From contig CAZLEV010000010.1 of NCBI GenBank assembly GCA_964558645.1, positions 1-64,000 of the forward strand: a DNA stretch of 64,000 bases. Direction: 5' to 3'. Origin of the DNA: an uncultured archaeon. Its GTDB lineage: Archaea; Asgardarchaeota; Thorarchaeia; Thorarchaeales; Thorarchaeaceae. Of this stretch, positions 27,934-37,698 are shown in pieces. Both the position numbers and the translations under genes were made by a program. Position 1 is the first letter of the stretch. The number at the start of each line of letters is the position of its first letter. The notes beneath the pieces were generated by a model that did no database searches, had not been told where the DNA came from, and saw only the letters and a program-made list of their open reading frames with translations.

Positions 27934-28365
27934 CTAGATATCTAGGGTGAAAGTCAGCTCGACTCTGTCATCCTTTTGAATGACTTTCATGTCTGCATAG
28001 GTCATTGCTTTTACTTCGGTATGTGTTTGGTGCTTTTCCAAGTCTATGTCCTCTCCCCCAATCTCGCCCCTTAACGTATATCCTTCCTCTGTGGTTCTAA
28101 TGTATTCGACATCAAATTTCGAGTAGAACTGACGCCTGATGTCAATCAGGGCAATGAGCTCACCAATCCATTCAACAAGGAGTTCAGGAAGGTCGATTCC
28201 TTCCACCTCAACTACCACCCTGTCATGCACATCGACCGTTGACGGGTCTAGTACCACGTTGAATGTAGCCACAGCCGCTTCTTCAAAAGCCTCTTCTAAG
28301 GATTGGCCCCAGCACTCAATGGTGATATCTGCAGTATGACCGTGGAATTCATAGCCGCGACTCAC
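27934..28365 (-). CDS. Archease
   Basis: HTADI, EVKAMTY, C-terminal LDI. Confidence 0.93.
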   Translation of the reverse strand: MSRGYEFHGHTADITIECWGQSLEEAFEEAAVATFNVVLDPSTVDVHDRVVVEVEGIDLPELLVEWIGELIALIDIRRQFYSKFDVEYIRTTEEGYTLRGEIGGEDIDLEKHQTHTEVKAMTYADMKVIQKDDRVELTFTLDI

Positions 28366-28459
28366 TTTGACTCATCCATCAAAAGCTGCACTCCACGAAG
28401 CTTAAAAGGAATTCCAAATCGTTGAGTTGCATCGGGCTGTCATCCGCCAGAAAAGACAA

Positions 28460-28547
28460 GCCGAGGTAGCCAAGCCCGGACAACGGCGCTGGTCTTGAAA
28501 ACCAGTGTGCTATGCACTCATGAGTTCGAATCTCATCCTCGGCGCCA
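28460..28547 (+). tRNA. tRNA-Ser(UGA), no intron
   Basis: GCCGAGG/CCTCGGC, CTGGT CTTGAAA ACCAG, long variable arm, GCCA end. Confidence 0.95.
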
Positions 28548-28568
28548 TTTCCATTCCGTGTCATATAA

Positions 28569-30167
28569 CTACAAGGTCTTCTCAAGATAGGGTCCTCTGT
28601 CAGTAAAACCGATACTGCGATAGTATTCCTTGACACCGACACCGCTATTCACCATTATCCTAGTCATGTCCAAATCTTCGCGACCTATTCTACTGGCCTC
28701 GGTGACCAGTCTCTCTCCTATGCCTGAATGCTGCCACGCACCAACATCACTCTCTCCAAGGTCAACTACTGGTCCGTAGACTCTCAGTTCCCGTATCATG
28801 ACACATGGTGACCGCCTGATCTCTGGTCGGTGCGCCTCATCACTTGGTATTCGAAGCCTGAGAAATCCTACGATGATATCTAGATTCGGTACTTCGGACG
28901 AGAGAAATATCTCTAATCCGTCCCCTGCTTGGTATTCGCGCCGAACCAGCTTGATGTCTTCGGGGACCACTTCAACCTCTTCTCTCATCTGAAAATGTCC
29001 AATCTCACGAAATCTTATTGTTGGATTTCTGAGCATTTGCCTCTTCATCTCCTCTTGAACAAGCTCTCTCAGATTCCCCTTTTCCAGACCCGCTTCTATC
29101 TGATGGAGAGGAATATCTCTCTGCATCCGTTGGATTCTTACATACTCAGGCATCTTGCTGACAGCCTGAGCAACTAGCTCCACAATCTCTTCCGCTCTAT
29201 AAGGCTGATATTTTCCCTCTCTCCACCAATCATATAGATCCGTGTTTTTCACAACAATCGTCGGGTATATCTTAAGCATATCTGGACGAAATCTATCGTC
29301 ATCAAACAATTGTTCAAAGGTATTCAGGTCGCGCTCTACGGTACTACCGGGGAGACCGGGCATCATATGATAACAGACTTTCACACCGCTGTCGCGAAGC
29401 AGCTTTGTTGCCCGGACAGTCGCTTCGACATCGTGACCTCTTTGCACTCTTTCCAGAATCTCGTCTGATAGTGTCTGTACGCCAATCTCAACTCTAGTAC
29501 CTCCCATTGCAAGCATCTGATCTATGCTATCCACTGTGACGAAGTCTGGTCTGGTTTCAAAGGTCAGACCAACATTTCTGACATCAGCGGTTTCATTGAC
29601 AGTCTTGGCCTCTTCCAGATCTGAACTTGCGGTACCGTTCATCGCATCAAAGCAGCGTTTCACAAAATGCTCTCGATAATTGGAATCCTTAGAACACCAA
29701 TCTCCTCCCATAACAATCAATTCTACTTTCTGGACCGAGTGTCCTATCGCCCTGAGCTGGTTGAGACGACTCTCTACCTGATTATAGGGGTCAAACCCAT
29801 GCTCCAGCCCTCTCATTGTTGCAGGTTCGTGACCAGTGTAGCTCTGTGGAACCCCCCTCTCAGGTCCACCAGGGCAGTAGGCACAACGTCCGTGAGGGCA
29901 TCTCCAAGGTTCCGTCATGACCGCAACCACTGCAACGCCCGAGATTGTCCTAACAGGCCTTTTCTGCAAGAATGGTTGGAGAAGGTCTCTCTCCTCCGGA
30001 GTTGCATCCTGTAATACATCAGCGTTCGATGGCACTCTACCTGAGGCGTACTTTCCGCATATTGTATGCTTGATTCTGTTGACTCTCTGTCTGTTCAGAG
30101 TATCTTCTGTTTCTAGTAGTGCATCGATTATATCTCTATGAAGCCTGTATTCCTCAGTCGTTGGCAT
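28569..30167 (-). CDS. elp3: Elp3 tRNA U34 carboxymethyltransferase (radical SAM plus KAT)
   Basis: RTISGVAVVAVM, CPHGRCAYCPGG, QSYTGHEPA, ETRPD, QHSGIG. Confidence 0.96.
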   Translation of the reverse strand: MPTTEEYRLHRDIIDALLETEDTLNRQRVNRIKHTICGKYASGRVPSNADVLQDATPEERDLLQPFLQKRPVRTISGVAVVAVMTEPWRCPHGRCAYCPGGPERGVPQSYTGHEPATMRGLEHGFDPYNQVESRLNQLRAIGHSVQKVELIVMGGDWCSKDSNYREHFVKRCFDAMNGTASSDLEEAKTVNETADVRNVGLTFETRPDFVTVDSIDQMLAMGGTRVEIGVQTLSDEILERVQRGHDVEATVRATKLLRDSGVKVCYHMMPGLPGSTVERDLNTFEQLFDDDRFRPDMLKIYPTIVVKNTDLYDWWREGKYQPYRAEEIVELVAQAVSKMPEYVRIQRMQRDIPLHQIEAGLEKGNLRELVQEEMKRQMLRNPTIRFREIGHFQMREEVEVVPEDIKLVRREYQAGDGLEIFLSSEVPNLDIIVGFLRLRIPSDEAHRPEIRRSPCVMIRELRVYGPVVDLGESDVGAWQHSGIGERLVTEASRIGREDLDMTRIMVNSGVGVKEYYRSIGFTDRGPYLEKTL

Positions 30168-30304
30168 GATATCAAGATGTAGTCTGCTGCAAGCTGATAT
30201 GTACCATACGGTCTATGACCAATTGCCATTATCAACCGTATTGCTCATTGGATACCTTTTTATGACCACTTTCAAGACTGAAGATAGACAAGAGGAGATA
30301 ACAA

Positions 30305-30466
30305 ATGCCTGGTTCACATGGTTCTCTTACAAAGGCGGGAAAAGTTCGTGAGCAGACCCCAAAGGTTCAAGGTCGCGAACGCCACAGCCCAATTCCACGA
30401 GTTCGCAACAAGAAAAACTACGTAAAGCGTGTCATAAAGGGACGCACCGTTGGCGTACGTGGTTAG
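30305..30466 (+). CDS. rps30e: Ribosomal protein eS30 (53 aa, below the ORF-track cutoff)
   Basis: Manual translation [21 protein letters not shown]...; GGAG upstream. Confidence 0.93.
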   Translation: MPGSHGSLTKAGKVREQTPKVQGRERHSPIPRVRNKKNYVKRVIKGRTVGVRG

Positions 30467-30513
30467 TCCACTTTCTAAGAAACCAGGTCTTGCTTCTTGA
30501 GGCTTGGTTCTCT

Positions 30514-31344
30514 CTAGTACTCTTTTCTTGTTCCAGTTGAATCTCGATGATACTCTCCGAACTCTGTCAGTTCTCTCAGTTTCTCCCCCATGAATACGGG
30601 TCCATCCAGACAAACCAAACAACCGTCAGGATCCATCGCGCATGTACCACAGATTCCGCAGCCGCATTTCATAAAGCGCTCGAGGGATGCCTGAATCTCG
30701 ATTTCTCGCTCATATGCAATATCTGTCAATTTGCGCATCATCAATTCTGGGCCGCATGTATAGATAATCTCTGGTCTGCATCTATCACAGAGAGTTTCGG
30801 TGACGATATCTGCTAACCCCTCAAAGCCTGCAGAACCATCATCCGTTGCAATCTCCAGAGTCAATCCATGGCCTGCGAGTCTCTCGAATTCCTCTACGAA
30901 TATCAAATCATCTACCGTTCTTCCTGCAAGAAGGAGTGTCACATCAATCCGCTGTTTCACAAGTTTGTAGACCAATGGCCGAAGCGGTGCTACCCCAATC
31001 CCTCCGCCTACCACTAGCGCGTCCAGGTTTCTAATCTGAAAGGGCTGTCCAAACGGACCTCTAACTCCTATCCAATCTCCCTTCGTCTTGTGAGATAATG
31101 CTACCGTACTGTCCCCCACGGGCGCAACCGTGAATCCAAGTATGGGGGGCTCCCAGTGAGATATACTCATCGGTATCTCATCTAAACCTGGAATCCATAT
31201 CATGAGAAACTGGCCAGGTGCGATAGAGCACCCTCCCGTGGGATCTTCAAACAAAAGTGTTCTGACTGTTTCATTCTCTCTCACTACCCTTGTCAGTTTC
31301 ACCGAGCGAGGGCTTCCAATGCGCCTCTCAATATCCAATTTCAA
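30514..31344 (-). CDS. pyrK: Dihydroorotate dehydrogenase electron transfer subunit
   Basis: PGQFLM, RGPFG, GGGIGVAP, CGPE, MKCGCGICGTC, CLDGPVF. Confidence 0.93.
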   Translation of the reverse strand: MKLDIERRIGSPRSVKLTRVVRENETVRTLLFEDPTGGCSIAPGQFLMIWIPGLDEIPMSISHWEPPILGFTVAPVGDSTVALSHKTKGDWIGVRGPFGQPFQIRNLDALVVGGGIGVAPLRPLVYKLVKQRIDVTLLLAGRTVDDLIFVEEFERLAGHGLTLEIATDDGSAGFEGLADIVTETLCDRCRPEIIYTCGPELMMRKLTDIAYEREIEIQASLERFMKCGCGICGTCAMDPDGCLVCLDGPVFMGEKLRELTEFGEYHRDSTGTRKEY

Positions 31345-32210
31345 CTACGTTTCGCCACCCCAATAATCTCTTTTACATCCGAGAAGCCATGGTTCTCAAG
31401 ATAGACCGCCACCCCCCTCTTTATTCGGTCAAATACGCTCAATCCCTCTAGCACTGCTGTGCCTATTTGAATCGCACTGGCACCGGCCAAGTACATCTCT
31501 ACGGCATCTTCCCATGAACTCACTCCTCCTACTCCGATTATCGGGATGGTAATCTCGTCACATAGTTCATACACACACCGTACTGCTACAGGAAAGATGG
31601 GAGGCCCTGACAGACCACCCACTCTATTCCCCAATATTGGCTGTCTTTGCTGAATATCGATCCGCATTCCTCGCAGTGTGTTCACAGCAACTATCGCATC
31701 AGCTCCTCCTTCTTCTGCTGCTTTTGCAACAGATACTACATCTGATGCATTTGGTGTGAGTTTCGCGAGGACCATACATCCGACCTCCCTCTTGACGGCA
31801 CGAACGTATTCTCTTGTCATTTCTGGACTGTGTCCCACTTGACTGAACTCGGCATGGGGGCAGGAAAGGTTCAGTTCGAGAGCAGATGGCTTCACAGACG
31901 CAGCAGTCTTTGCTACAGCCATGATATCCTCAGGAGTGCTCCCGAAAACGCTCACTACAACAGGAACGCCACCTCTTTGTGCAGTTTCTATCTCTATCAG
32001 AAATTCATCTATACCGGGGTTTGTGAGACCAACAGCATTGAGAAGACCACCACGTGATGCAGTTATCACTGGCCCTGGGTGTCCTTCTCTTGGTTCAATT
32101 CCTACGGATTTGGTGACCACCACATCTGCACCGGCGCGATGAACACGCTTCATAATCGATGCTGTCACACCTAGAACACCCGATGCCAGCCAATAGCCTT
32201 GTATCTTCAA
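31341..32210 (-). CDS. pyrD: Dihydroorotate dehydrogenase class 1B catalytic subunit
   Basis: NAVGLTNPG, ELNLSCPH, KLTPN, GGLSG. Confidence 0.95.
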   Translation of the reverse strand: MKIQGYWLASGVLGVTASIMKRVHRAGADVVVTKSVGIEPREGHPGPVITASRGGLLNAVGLTNPGIDEFLIEIETAQRGGVPVVVSVFGSTPEDIMAVAKTAASVKPSALELNLSCPHAEFSQVGHSPEMTREYVRAVKREVGCMVLAKLTPNASDVVSVAKAAEEGGADAIVAVNTLRGMRIDIQQRQPILGNRVGGLSGPPIFPVAVRCVYELCDEITIPIIGVGGVSSWEDAVEMYLAGASAIQIGTAVLEGLSVFDRIKRGVAVYLENHGFSDVKEIIGVAKRS

Positions 32211-32336
32211 GTATACACCTGCTTGCGTAGAGCAACACGAATGTAATAAGCGAAACGGGACTGTCCAAGTTCGGAAGGACGGACAGTCAAACTTATCCGC
32301 ATAGTTCGTGTTCTACCTTGATGGAGTGAGCGAAGA

Positions 32337-33563
32337 TTGGCCACATATCTCGCAAATACTGTATTCGGGCTGTTCCTTATAGACGAAGAGAGTAAAATCC
32401 TGGACAGTACTCTATTCTATCCAGATTCGGGGAGGGCTGCCGAGTTCCTGCATGATAACGAGGGTGAAGAGATGCCTGGTGACCTATCATCTATTCTACA
32501 GAAGGCTTCTCTTTCTGCTATTGTTGTTGAAAGCCCTGAACTGGGCAGGATCATCCGATCTAATACTGACATAGAAGTTTCAGTCAATCCGACATCGGAT
32601 CCGATTAGTTGGTTCAGAACAAGCATTCACGACTCTGCTCTTCTAGAGAAAGAACAGGTCGAATCCCCGTCGGCACTCAGAGAATTCAAGCGGGAAGTCG
32701 CCATGAACATAGCTCGACTCCGAATCATTGCGGCCACCTCGGAAAGGGATTTGGCCATCAAGAACACCGTTGATGCTATCGACGAAGTTGACAAATCAAT
32801 CAACCTATTGGCCATGCGTCTCAGTGATTGGTACTCGACCTATGACCCTCTACTCCCCACGATTGTTGATGAGTACGAGGTATTTGCCCGAATAGTGCTC
32901 GAGATGAGCGAAGGTACACTTGATAAAGACTCGCTCAGCAAATATGGTGTAGATCGATCGAAACTCCATGGAATGGATGATTCTGTTCTTCAGAGTCTTC
33001 GAACGACTATGCCTGCTGATGATGCTGAGGCAATCAAAGCAGTCGCAGAAACTATCGCTTCTCTGATGTCTACACGGTCTGAGCTCGAGAAACATGTGAC
33101 TAATCTGATGTCAGAGATTGCCCCAAATATCTCTGCACTTGCTGGCCCTTTGATTGGCGCTCGGCTGATTAGTCTTGCGGGTTCATTGGAAACGCTTGCG
33201 CATAAACCCTCTAGTACTGTACAAGTCTATGGTGCAGAAAAGGCTCTGTTTCGAAGTCTGAGAACAGGAACTGACCCGCCGAAGCATGGCATTATCTTTC
33301 AAGCCCCCTCTGTCAACACTGCTCCGTACTGGCAGAGAGGCAAGATTGCCCGGGCATTAGCGGGTAAGCTGGCAATAGCTGCCAAAGTCGATGCGTATTC
33401 TGACAGGAATATTGGGGAGAGTCTAAGAGAGGAATTCGAAAATCGTTTGGAGGAGATTAGGCGTCAGAATCCTGACCCACCGCAGGAATCACCCAAGACA
33501 AAACAAAAAGGCTCGCCAAGGAGAGGACCAAGAAATACATCACACAAGAGAGGGGGGCGTTAG
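32337..33563 (+). CDS. nop5: C/D RNP protein Nop5 (Nop56/58)
   Basis: IAPN, GAEKALF, PPKHGIIFQ, RGKIARALAGK. Confidence 0.95.
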   Translation: MATYLANTVFGLFLIDEESKILDSTLFYPDSGRAAEFLHDNEGEEMPGDLSSILQKASLSAIVVESPELGRIIRSNTDIEVSVNPTSDPISWFRTSIHDSALLEKEQVESPSALREFKREVAMNIARLRIIAATSERDLAIKNTVDAIDEVDKSINLLAMRLSDWYSTYDPLLPTIVDEYEVFARIVLEMSEGTLDKDSLSKYGVDRSKLHGMDDSVLQSLRTTMPADDAEAIKAVAETIASLMSTRSELEKHVTNLMSEIAPNISALAGPLIGARLISLAGSLETLAHKPSSTVQVYGAEKALFRSLRTGTDPPKHGIIFQAPSVNTAPYWQRGKIARALAGKLAIAAKVDAYSDRNIGESLREEFENRLEEIRRQNPDPPQESPKTKQKGSPRRGPRNTSHKRGGR

Positions 33564-33564
33564 A

Positions 33565-34260
33565 ATGAAGGTAACCAAGCACAAGTTTCCCGGCGTCTAT
33601 ATGATTGAGGAGAGAGGCAAGACATCACTGGCTACACGTTCCTTGACCGGTGACGGCAGCGTCTATGGGGAGAAGGTCTTGGATATAGATGGCGTAGAAT
33701 ATCGCTTATGGCCTTCTAGAAGGTCCAAGCTGTCTGCAGCTATTCGAAATGATCTCAGAGAGATGCCTATACAACGAGGGTCCAAGGTTCTATACCTTGG
33801 AGCAGCTTCCGGGACGACGGTGAGTCATGTTTCTGATATAATAGGAGAACAGGGCACTATCTATGCAGTTGAGTTCTCTCCAAAGGTGGCTCGCAACTTG
33901 CTAAGTCTTTCCCAGTCGCGTTCCAACATCGTACCTCTTGTCAATGATGCTAGACACCCAATACAATACTCTCCCTTTATCACCGAACCAATCGATATTG
34001 TCTATCAAGACATAGCCCAGCCTAATCAGGCAACTATCTTTATAGACAACATCCGGCAGTTTTGCAGCTTTGGTGCTTGGGGGATGATTGCAATCAAAGC
34101 AAGAAGTATCGACTCATCAGTTCCCATAAATCGAGCCTTTAACAAAGAGATGTCCGAGATTGTGGCATCTGGACTTGGCTTGGTCGAGAAAGTGAATCTT
34201 GAGCCGTTCGAGAAAGACCATCTTTTCGCATTGGTGCGTGTCACAGAAACAGCTGTTTGA
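33565..34260 (+). CDS. flpA: Fibrillarin
   Basis: VYGE, RSKL.AA, VLYLGAASGTTVSHVSD, DIAQPNQ. Confidence 0.96.
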   Translation: MKVTKHKFPGVYMIEERGKTSLATRSLTGDGSVYGEKVLDIDGVEYRLWPSRRSKLSAAIRNDLREMPIQRGSKVLYLGAASGTTVSHVSDIIGEQGTIYAVEFSPKVARNLLSLSQSRSNIVPLVNDARHPIQYSPFITEPIDIVYQDIAQPNQATIFIDNIRQFCSFGAWGMIAIKARSIDSSVPINRAFNKEMSEIVASGLGLVEKVNLEPFEKDHLFALVRVTETAV

Positions 34261-34402
34261 GATAGCTCCCTGAAACCATGCTTGATACTGGTGAATGTTA
34301 ATCTATCGTGATCGTTAGCATCGGGAAGACGAATGGGAGATCTTTTCACAATCAGCAATCCTGAAAAGGATTATATCCTAAGTTTACACGGGACGTGAAA
34401 GG

Positions 34403-35362
34403 ATGACAAAGGCTAGACAGAATCTGATTGAGGAGGTTATCTCTCAGTTAGAGACCACCGGGTTTAGTCTGTCATCCAAGTGTGATATGAGACCTAGTTG
34501 TTTTGATTTAGTAGCAAGGAGAAACGATAGACTCATTCTGATTAAAATCCTCTCCAATATCGATGCACTCACAAGAGAAGACGCTATTGCACTCCAGCTT
34601 GTGGCACAGTTTTTCAATGCTACTCCCCTGATAGTTGGCCTAAGAAATCGAAGGGGGGATTTGGAGGACGGAGTTGTCTACAAGCGATATGGGGTATCTA
34701 CGATTGCACCACCTAGCCTCGGATCCGTCATTCGGAAGAATGACCTCCCGCGTGAGTTTATACAACGGGGGGGTCGTTTTGTGGCTATTGACGGGGCAAT
34801 GCTGAAGGAGGTTCGGCTATCTCGGCGTTTCACCAAGAAAGAGCTTGCTGACTGTGTGCAGGTTTCTGCTCGTGCTATTCTTGCATACGAGAAGGACGAG
34901 ATGGATGTCAGTACTGAGGTTGCAGAACGTCTGGAGGAAGTACTCGAAACTAATCTAGTCATCCCCGTAGATGTGCTGTCGAAACCTCAAGTCCAGAAAC
35001 CACTTACGCAACAACGAAACCCTGACACCATCTCGAGTCTGGAAATCAGGGTCAATGAATTCTTTGAGCGTCTTGGCATGAATGTCTTGTGGACAGACCG
35101 TGCTCCATTCCAAGTCGCTGCAAAGGAGGACGGCCCTCCGCTGATGTCGGGGGTCGGGTCACTCAAATCATGGGCACTGAATAAACGGATGGAAATCATA
35201 AAGAGCGTATCTAACGTTTCGGAAGCGAATGCAGTAATAATAGTGGAAGAAGGCGAAGCAGACGAGAATGTTTCTGATTTAGCTGTTATACGTCAGCTAG
35301 AGCTAGACGAAATCGAGAAACCGAACGAGCTGAAGAGAATAATATCGGAGCGTTCCACTTAG
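34403..35362 (+). CDS. Archaeal HTH transcriptional regulator (COG1395 type)
   Basis: SCFDLVAR, KILSNID, LEDGVVYKRYG, RGG, central XRE HTH. Confidence 0.85.
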   Translation: MTKARQNLIEEVISQLETTGFSLSSKCDMRPSCFDLVARRNDRLILIKILSNIDALTREDAIALQLVAQFFNATPLIVGLRNRRGDLEDGVVYKRYGVSTIAPPSLGSVIRKNDLPREFIQRGGRFVAIDGAMLKEVRLSRRFTKKELADCVQVSARAILAYEKDEMDVSTEVAERLEEVLETNLVIPVDVLSKPQVQKPLTQQRNPDTISSLEIRVNEFFERLGMNVLWTDRAPFQVAAKEDGPPLMSGVGSLKSWALNKRMEIIKSVSNVSEANAVIIVEEGEADENVSDLAVIRQLELDEIEKPNELKRIISERST

Positions 35363-35364
35363 AA

Positions 35365-36042
35365 TCAAATCTCGTCAAGTTTCAATTGCCTACCACCGAA
35401 CTCCTCCATAATTACTCTAACTGACTCCCAACTCTGCCTCACAAATGGGGGAATCTTTCTCGTCCTTGCACACTCTCGTACAAAACAGATAGACTTTGGA
35501 TCTCCTGGGTATCCAGAACCAATGTCGCCAAAATCGGTCTGTAGGCGCTCAATGGATCTATCACGAATCACCTTTGCAATGATTGAAGCAGCTGCTACTA
35601 CTTTGTACCTTTCATCTGCCTTATGCTCAGAAACGACCTTGCACTGCCCAGGTCTGAGATCCGATAATCGGAATACAGTTTCGCCGAAGCGCCGAGGATT
35701 CACGTCCGCTGCATCTATGTAAACCACGTCAGGCTCCAACTCTCTTAAGATAGACCCAAATGCTGCTGCCTCTATAAGATTAAGTGAAACCCCTCTCTTT
35801 CTCTTTCTATCTATCTCTAATGCAGGAATGCTTCGGATGGCAACACCTCGCGCTATCTCTTGTATCTCGTCATAAAGCTCAAACCTCTGTCTAGGAGTCA
35901 CCATCTTCGAATCTCTGATATTGATACTGTCAAGTTGACGACACCCCTCTGGGTCAAAGACCACTCCGCAGACCACCATCGGGCCTAGCATTGGCCCTCG
36001 GCCAGCCTCATCCATACCTGCACTTCTGTGATAGTTAACCAT
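35365..36042 (-). CDS. rnhB: Ribonuclease HII
   Basis: GMDEAGRGP, DSK, IDA, HKAD, AASIIAKV.RD, GSGYP. Confidence 0.96.
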   Translation of the reverse strand: MVNYHRSAGMDEAGRGPMLGPMVVCGVVFDPEGCRQLDSINIRDSKMVTPRQRFELYDEIQEIARGVAIRSIPALEIDRKRKRGVSLNLIEAAAFGSILRELEPDVVYIDAADVNPRRFGETVFRLSDLRPGQCKVVSEHKADERYKVVAAASIIAKVIRDRSIERLQTDFGDIGSGYPGDPKSICFVRECARTRKIPPFVRQSWESVRVIMEEFGGRQLKLDEI

Positions 36043-36206
36043 GGTCCTACTCTTTCTTACACGCATTCTAGTGCTTATTACCATCACGCCTTGACGCTTC
36101 TTCACATCTCTCGATAGTATCTGATACCAACAAAGCCTCAATGCACAGAAACCTTCATATCATCCGCTGATCTGTTCGCATTTCAATGGTACCTGCTACC
36201 ATGCTC

Positions 36207-36372
36207 GGGGCGGTGGCCTAGTCAATCGCGTTGAGTTTCAACGTGGTCTGCAACGGTATGGCGACGGGCTCCAGATCTCGGCTCATTTAGAGCCAAGAAC
36301 TAATAGGGTCAATAGATGCTGTCGCCTGGCGAAACTCGTCGATCGTGGGTTCGAATCCCATCCGCCCCACCA
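36207..36372 (+). tRNA. tRNA-Trp(CCA) with two introns: 30 nt in the D loop (36224..36253) and 59 nt at 37/38 (36275..36333)
   Basis: Removing both gives a 77-nt cloverleaf: D loop AGTCCGGTA, anticodon arm ACGGG CTCCAGA CTCGT. Confidence 0.9.
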
Positions 36373-36469
36373 GTTCTATCACTTGGCGCTGGTTTCCTGT
36401 ATGCAAATTTGCTCAAACGGAAAGTGCCTTTTATCCATAATCCATTAGATATACACTGGAGGCATAATC

Positions 36470-37312
36470 TTGACAAGTTGCGGCCGTACGTTGGCACTTA
36501 TTGGAATGTTTCTTATCCTTCCAATTACAGGCCTACCGATAGTTCGTGCTCAAGATGATGGGGCCCCTCCAGTTTCTGCTGTTTTCGAGATAGACTCGTT
36601 CAGCTACCGTGCCTCATTTCAGCTTGATGACGGCACAGAGGCCCTGCTGATTCGGGCTGTGTTCACGATATCTTATTTCTACCGGCATCACCATCCCACG
36701 GTGAGCCAGCACCATATGAGTGCATATCTGGGATTCTACTATGGGCGAACCATCCTTGGTCGAGCAGTATTGAGTGATATTCTGGTCGATAGCATTGCAT
36801 TCTACCCCTGGTGGCATGACAGTGCGGGCTACCTCACTGACTACTTTCCAGACAAACCGATGTTCACAATATCTGATTCCCTTAATGATGGATTGTTGGT
36901 CTACACGAGTTTTCTCATGGACGGTGATGCAATATCGAGAATCATTCCTGACTTTGGTGGCAGATTAGTGTTTAACCACCTGACATTCGTTTTGAGCGAT
37001 GACTCGAAGAAGAGTGTTTCCAATGGCACAATCGAGATATTTCTCGAGAAAAACTACAACGATCTCACTCCAGAAAGTGCCACGTTGAATAGCACAGAGA
37101 ATCTATCCTATGTTGCTGATTATCGAACCATTCAAGTGGCCACTACTGTAGGAACGCCTCTCCTGGCCGTATTCGATCGATTCCTAGCTTTTTCGTTCAT
37201 AGTTGGAGGAGTTGTCCTTCTTGTCTTAACAGTTCTGCACATCAGAGGTGTGATATGCCTTCCTTATGCGAGAATCAGACGTTCGATACTTGAGAAGACT
37301 AAACCTAGATAG
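36470..37312 (+). CDS. Hypothetical exported protein with C-terminal membrane anchor
   Basis: Signal-peptide-like N-terminus (VRA/Q) and C-terminal TM helix. Confidence 0.7.
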   Translation: MTSCGRTLALIGMFLILPITGLPIVRAQDDGAPPVSAVFEIDSFSYRASFQLDDGTEALLIRAVFTISYFYRHHHPTVSQHHMSAYLGFYYGRTILGRAVLSDILVDSIAFYPWWHDSAGYLTDYFPDKPMFTISDSLNDGLLVYTSFLMDGDAISRIIPDFGGRLVFNHLTFVLSDDSKKSVSNGTIEIFLEKNYNDLTPESATLNSTENLSYVADYRTIQVATTVGTPLLAVFDRFLAFSFIVGGVVLLVLTVLHIRGVICLPYARIRRSILEKTKPR

Positions 37313-37378
37313 TTCCCTAAGAGTGACTACTTACACACGGCAAGCTTTAAAACCGCTGCAGCATTTTTTGTGTCTTGA

Positions 37379-37494
37379 TGGCGGCCATAGGCGTCGGTGA
37401 AATACCCGGTCTCTTACCGAACCCGGAAGTCAAGCCCGATGCCGTTGAAGGAACTGTGCGGTGCGCGAGCCCGTGACAAGCCTTCAAGCTGCCA
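37379..37494 (+). rRNA. rrf: 5S rRNA, stand-alone
   Basis: TGGCGGCCATA...ACCCGGTCTC..CCGAACCCGGAAGTCAAGC...GCTGCCA; TTTAAAA box about 30 nt upstream. Confidence 0.93.
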
Positions 37495-37698
37495 CATTCT
37501 TTCATTATCCACTTCATGCATTGTGATACGGGCTCCTAATCCACTTCAGATTTCTTCTTCCCGCCCTTAACCCCAATGGTTCAAGAGATATCCGAACCCA
37601 CATCGGAATCCATCTTTGTAGTCTACTAGGACGCACTTCTTTTTTTTGGCACTTTCATCTCCTAGATAGAAACGATTAAAGCGAAAACACCAGAGGTC

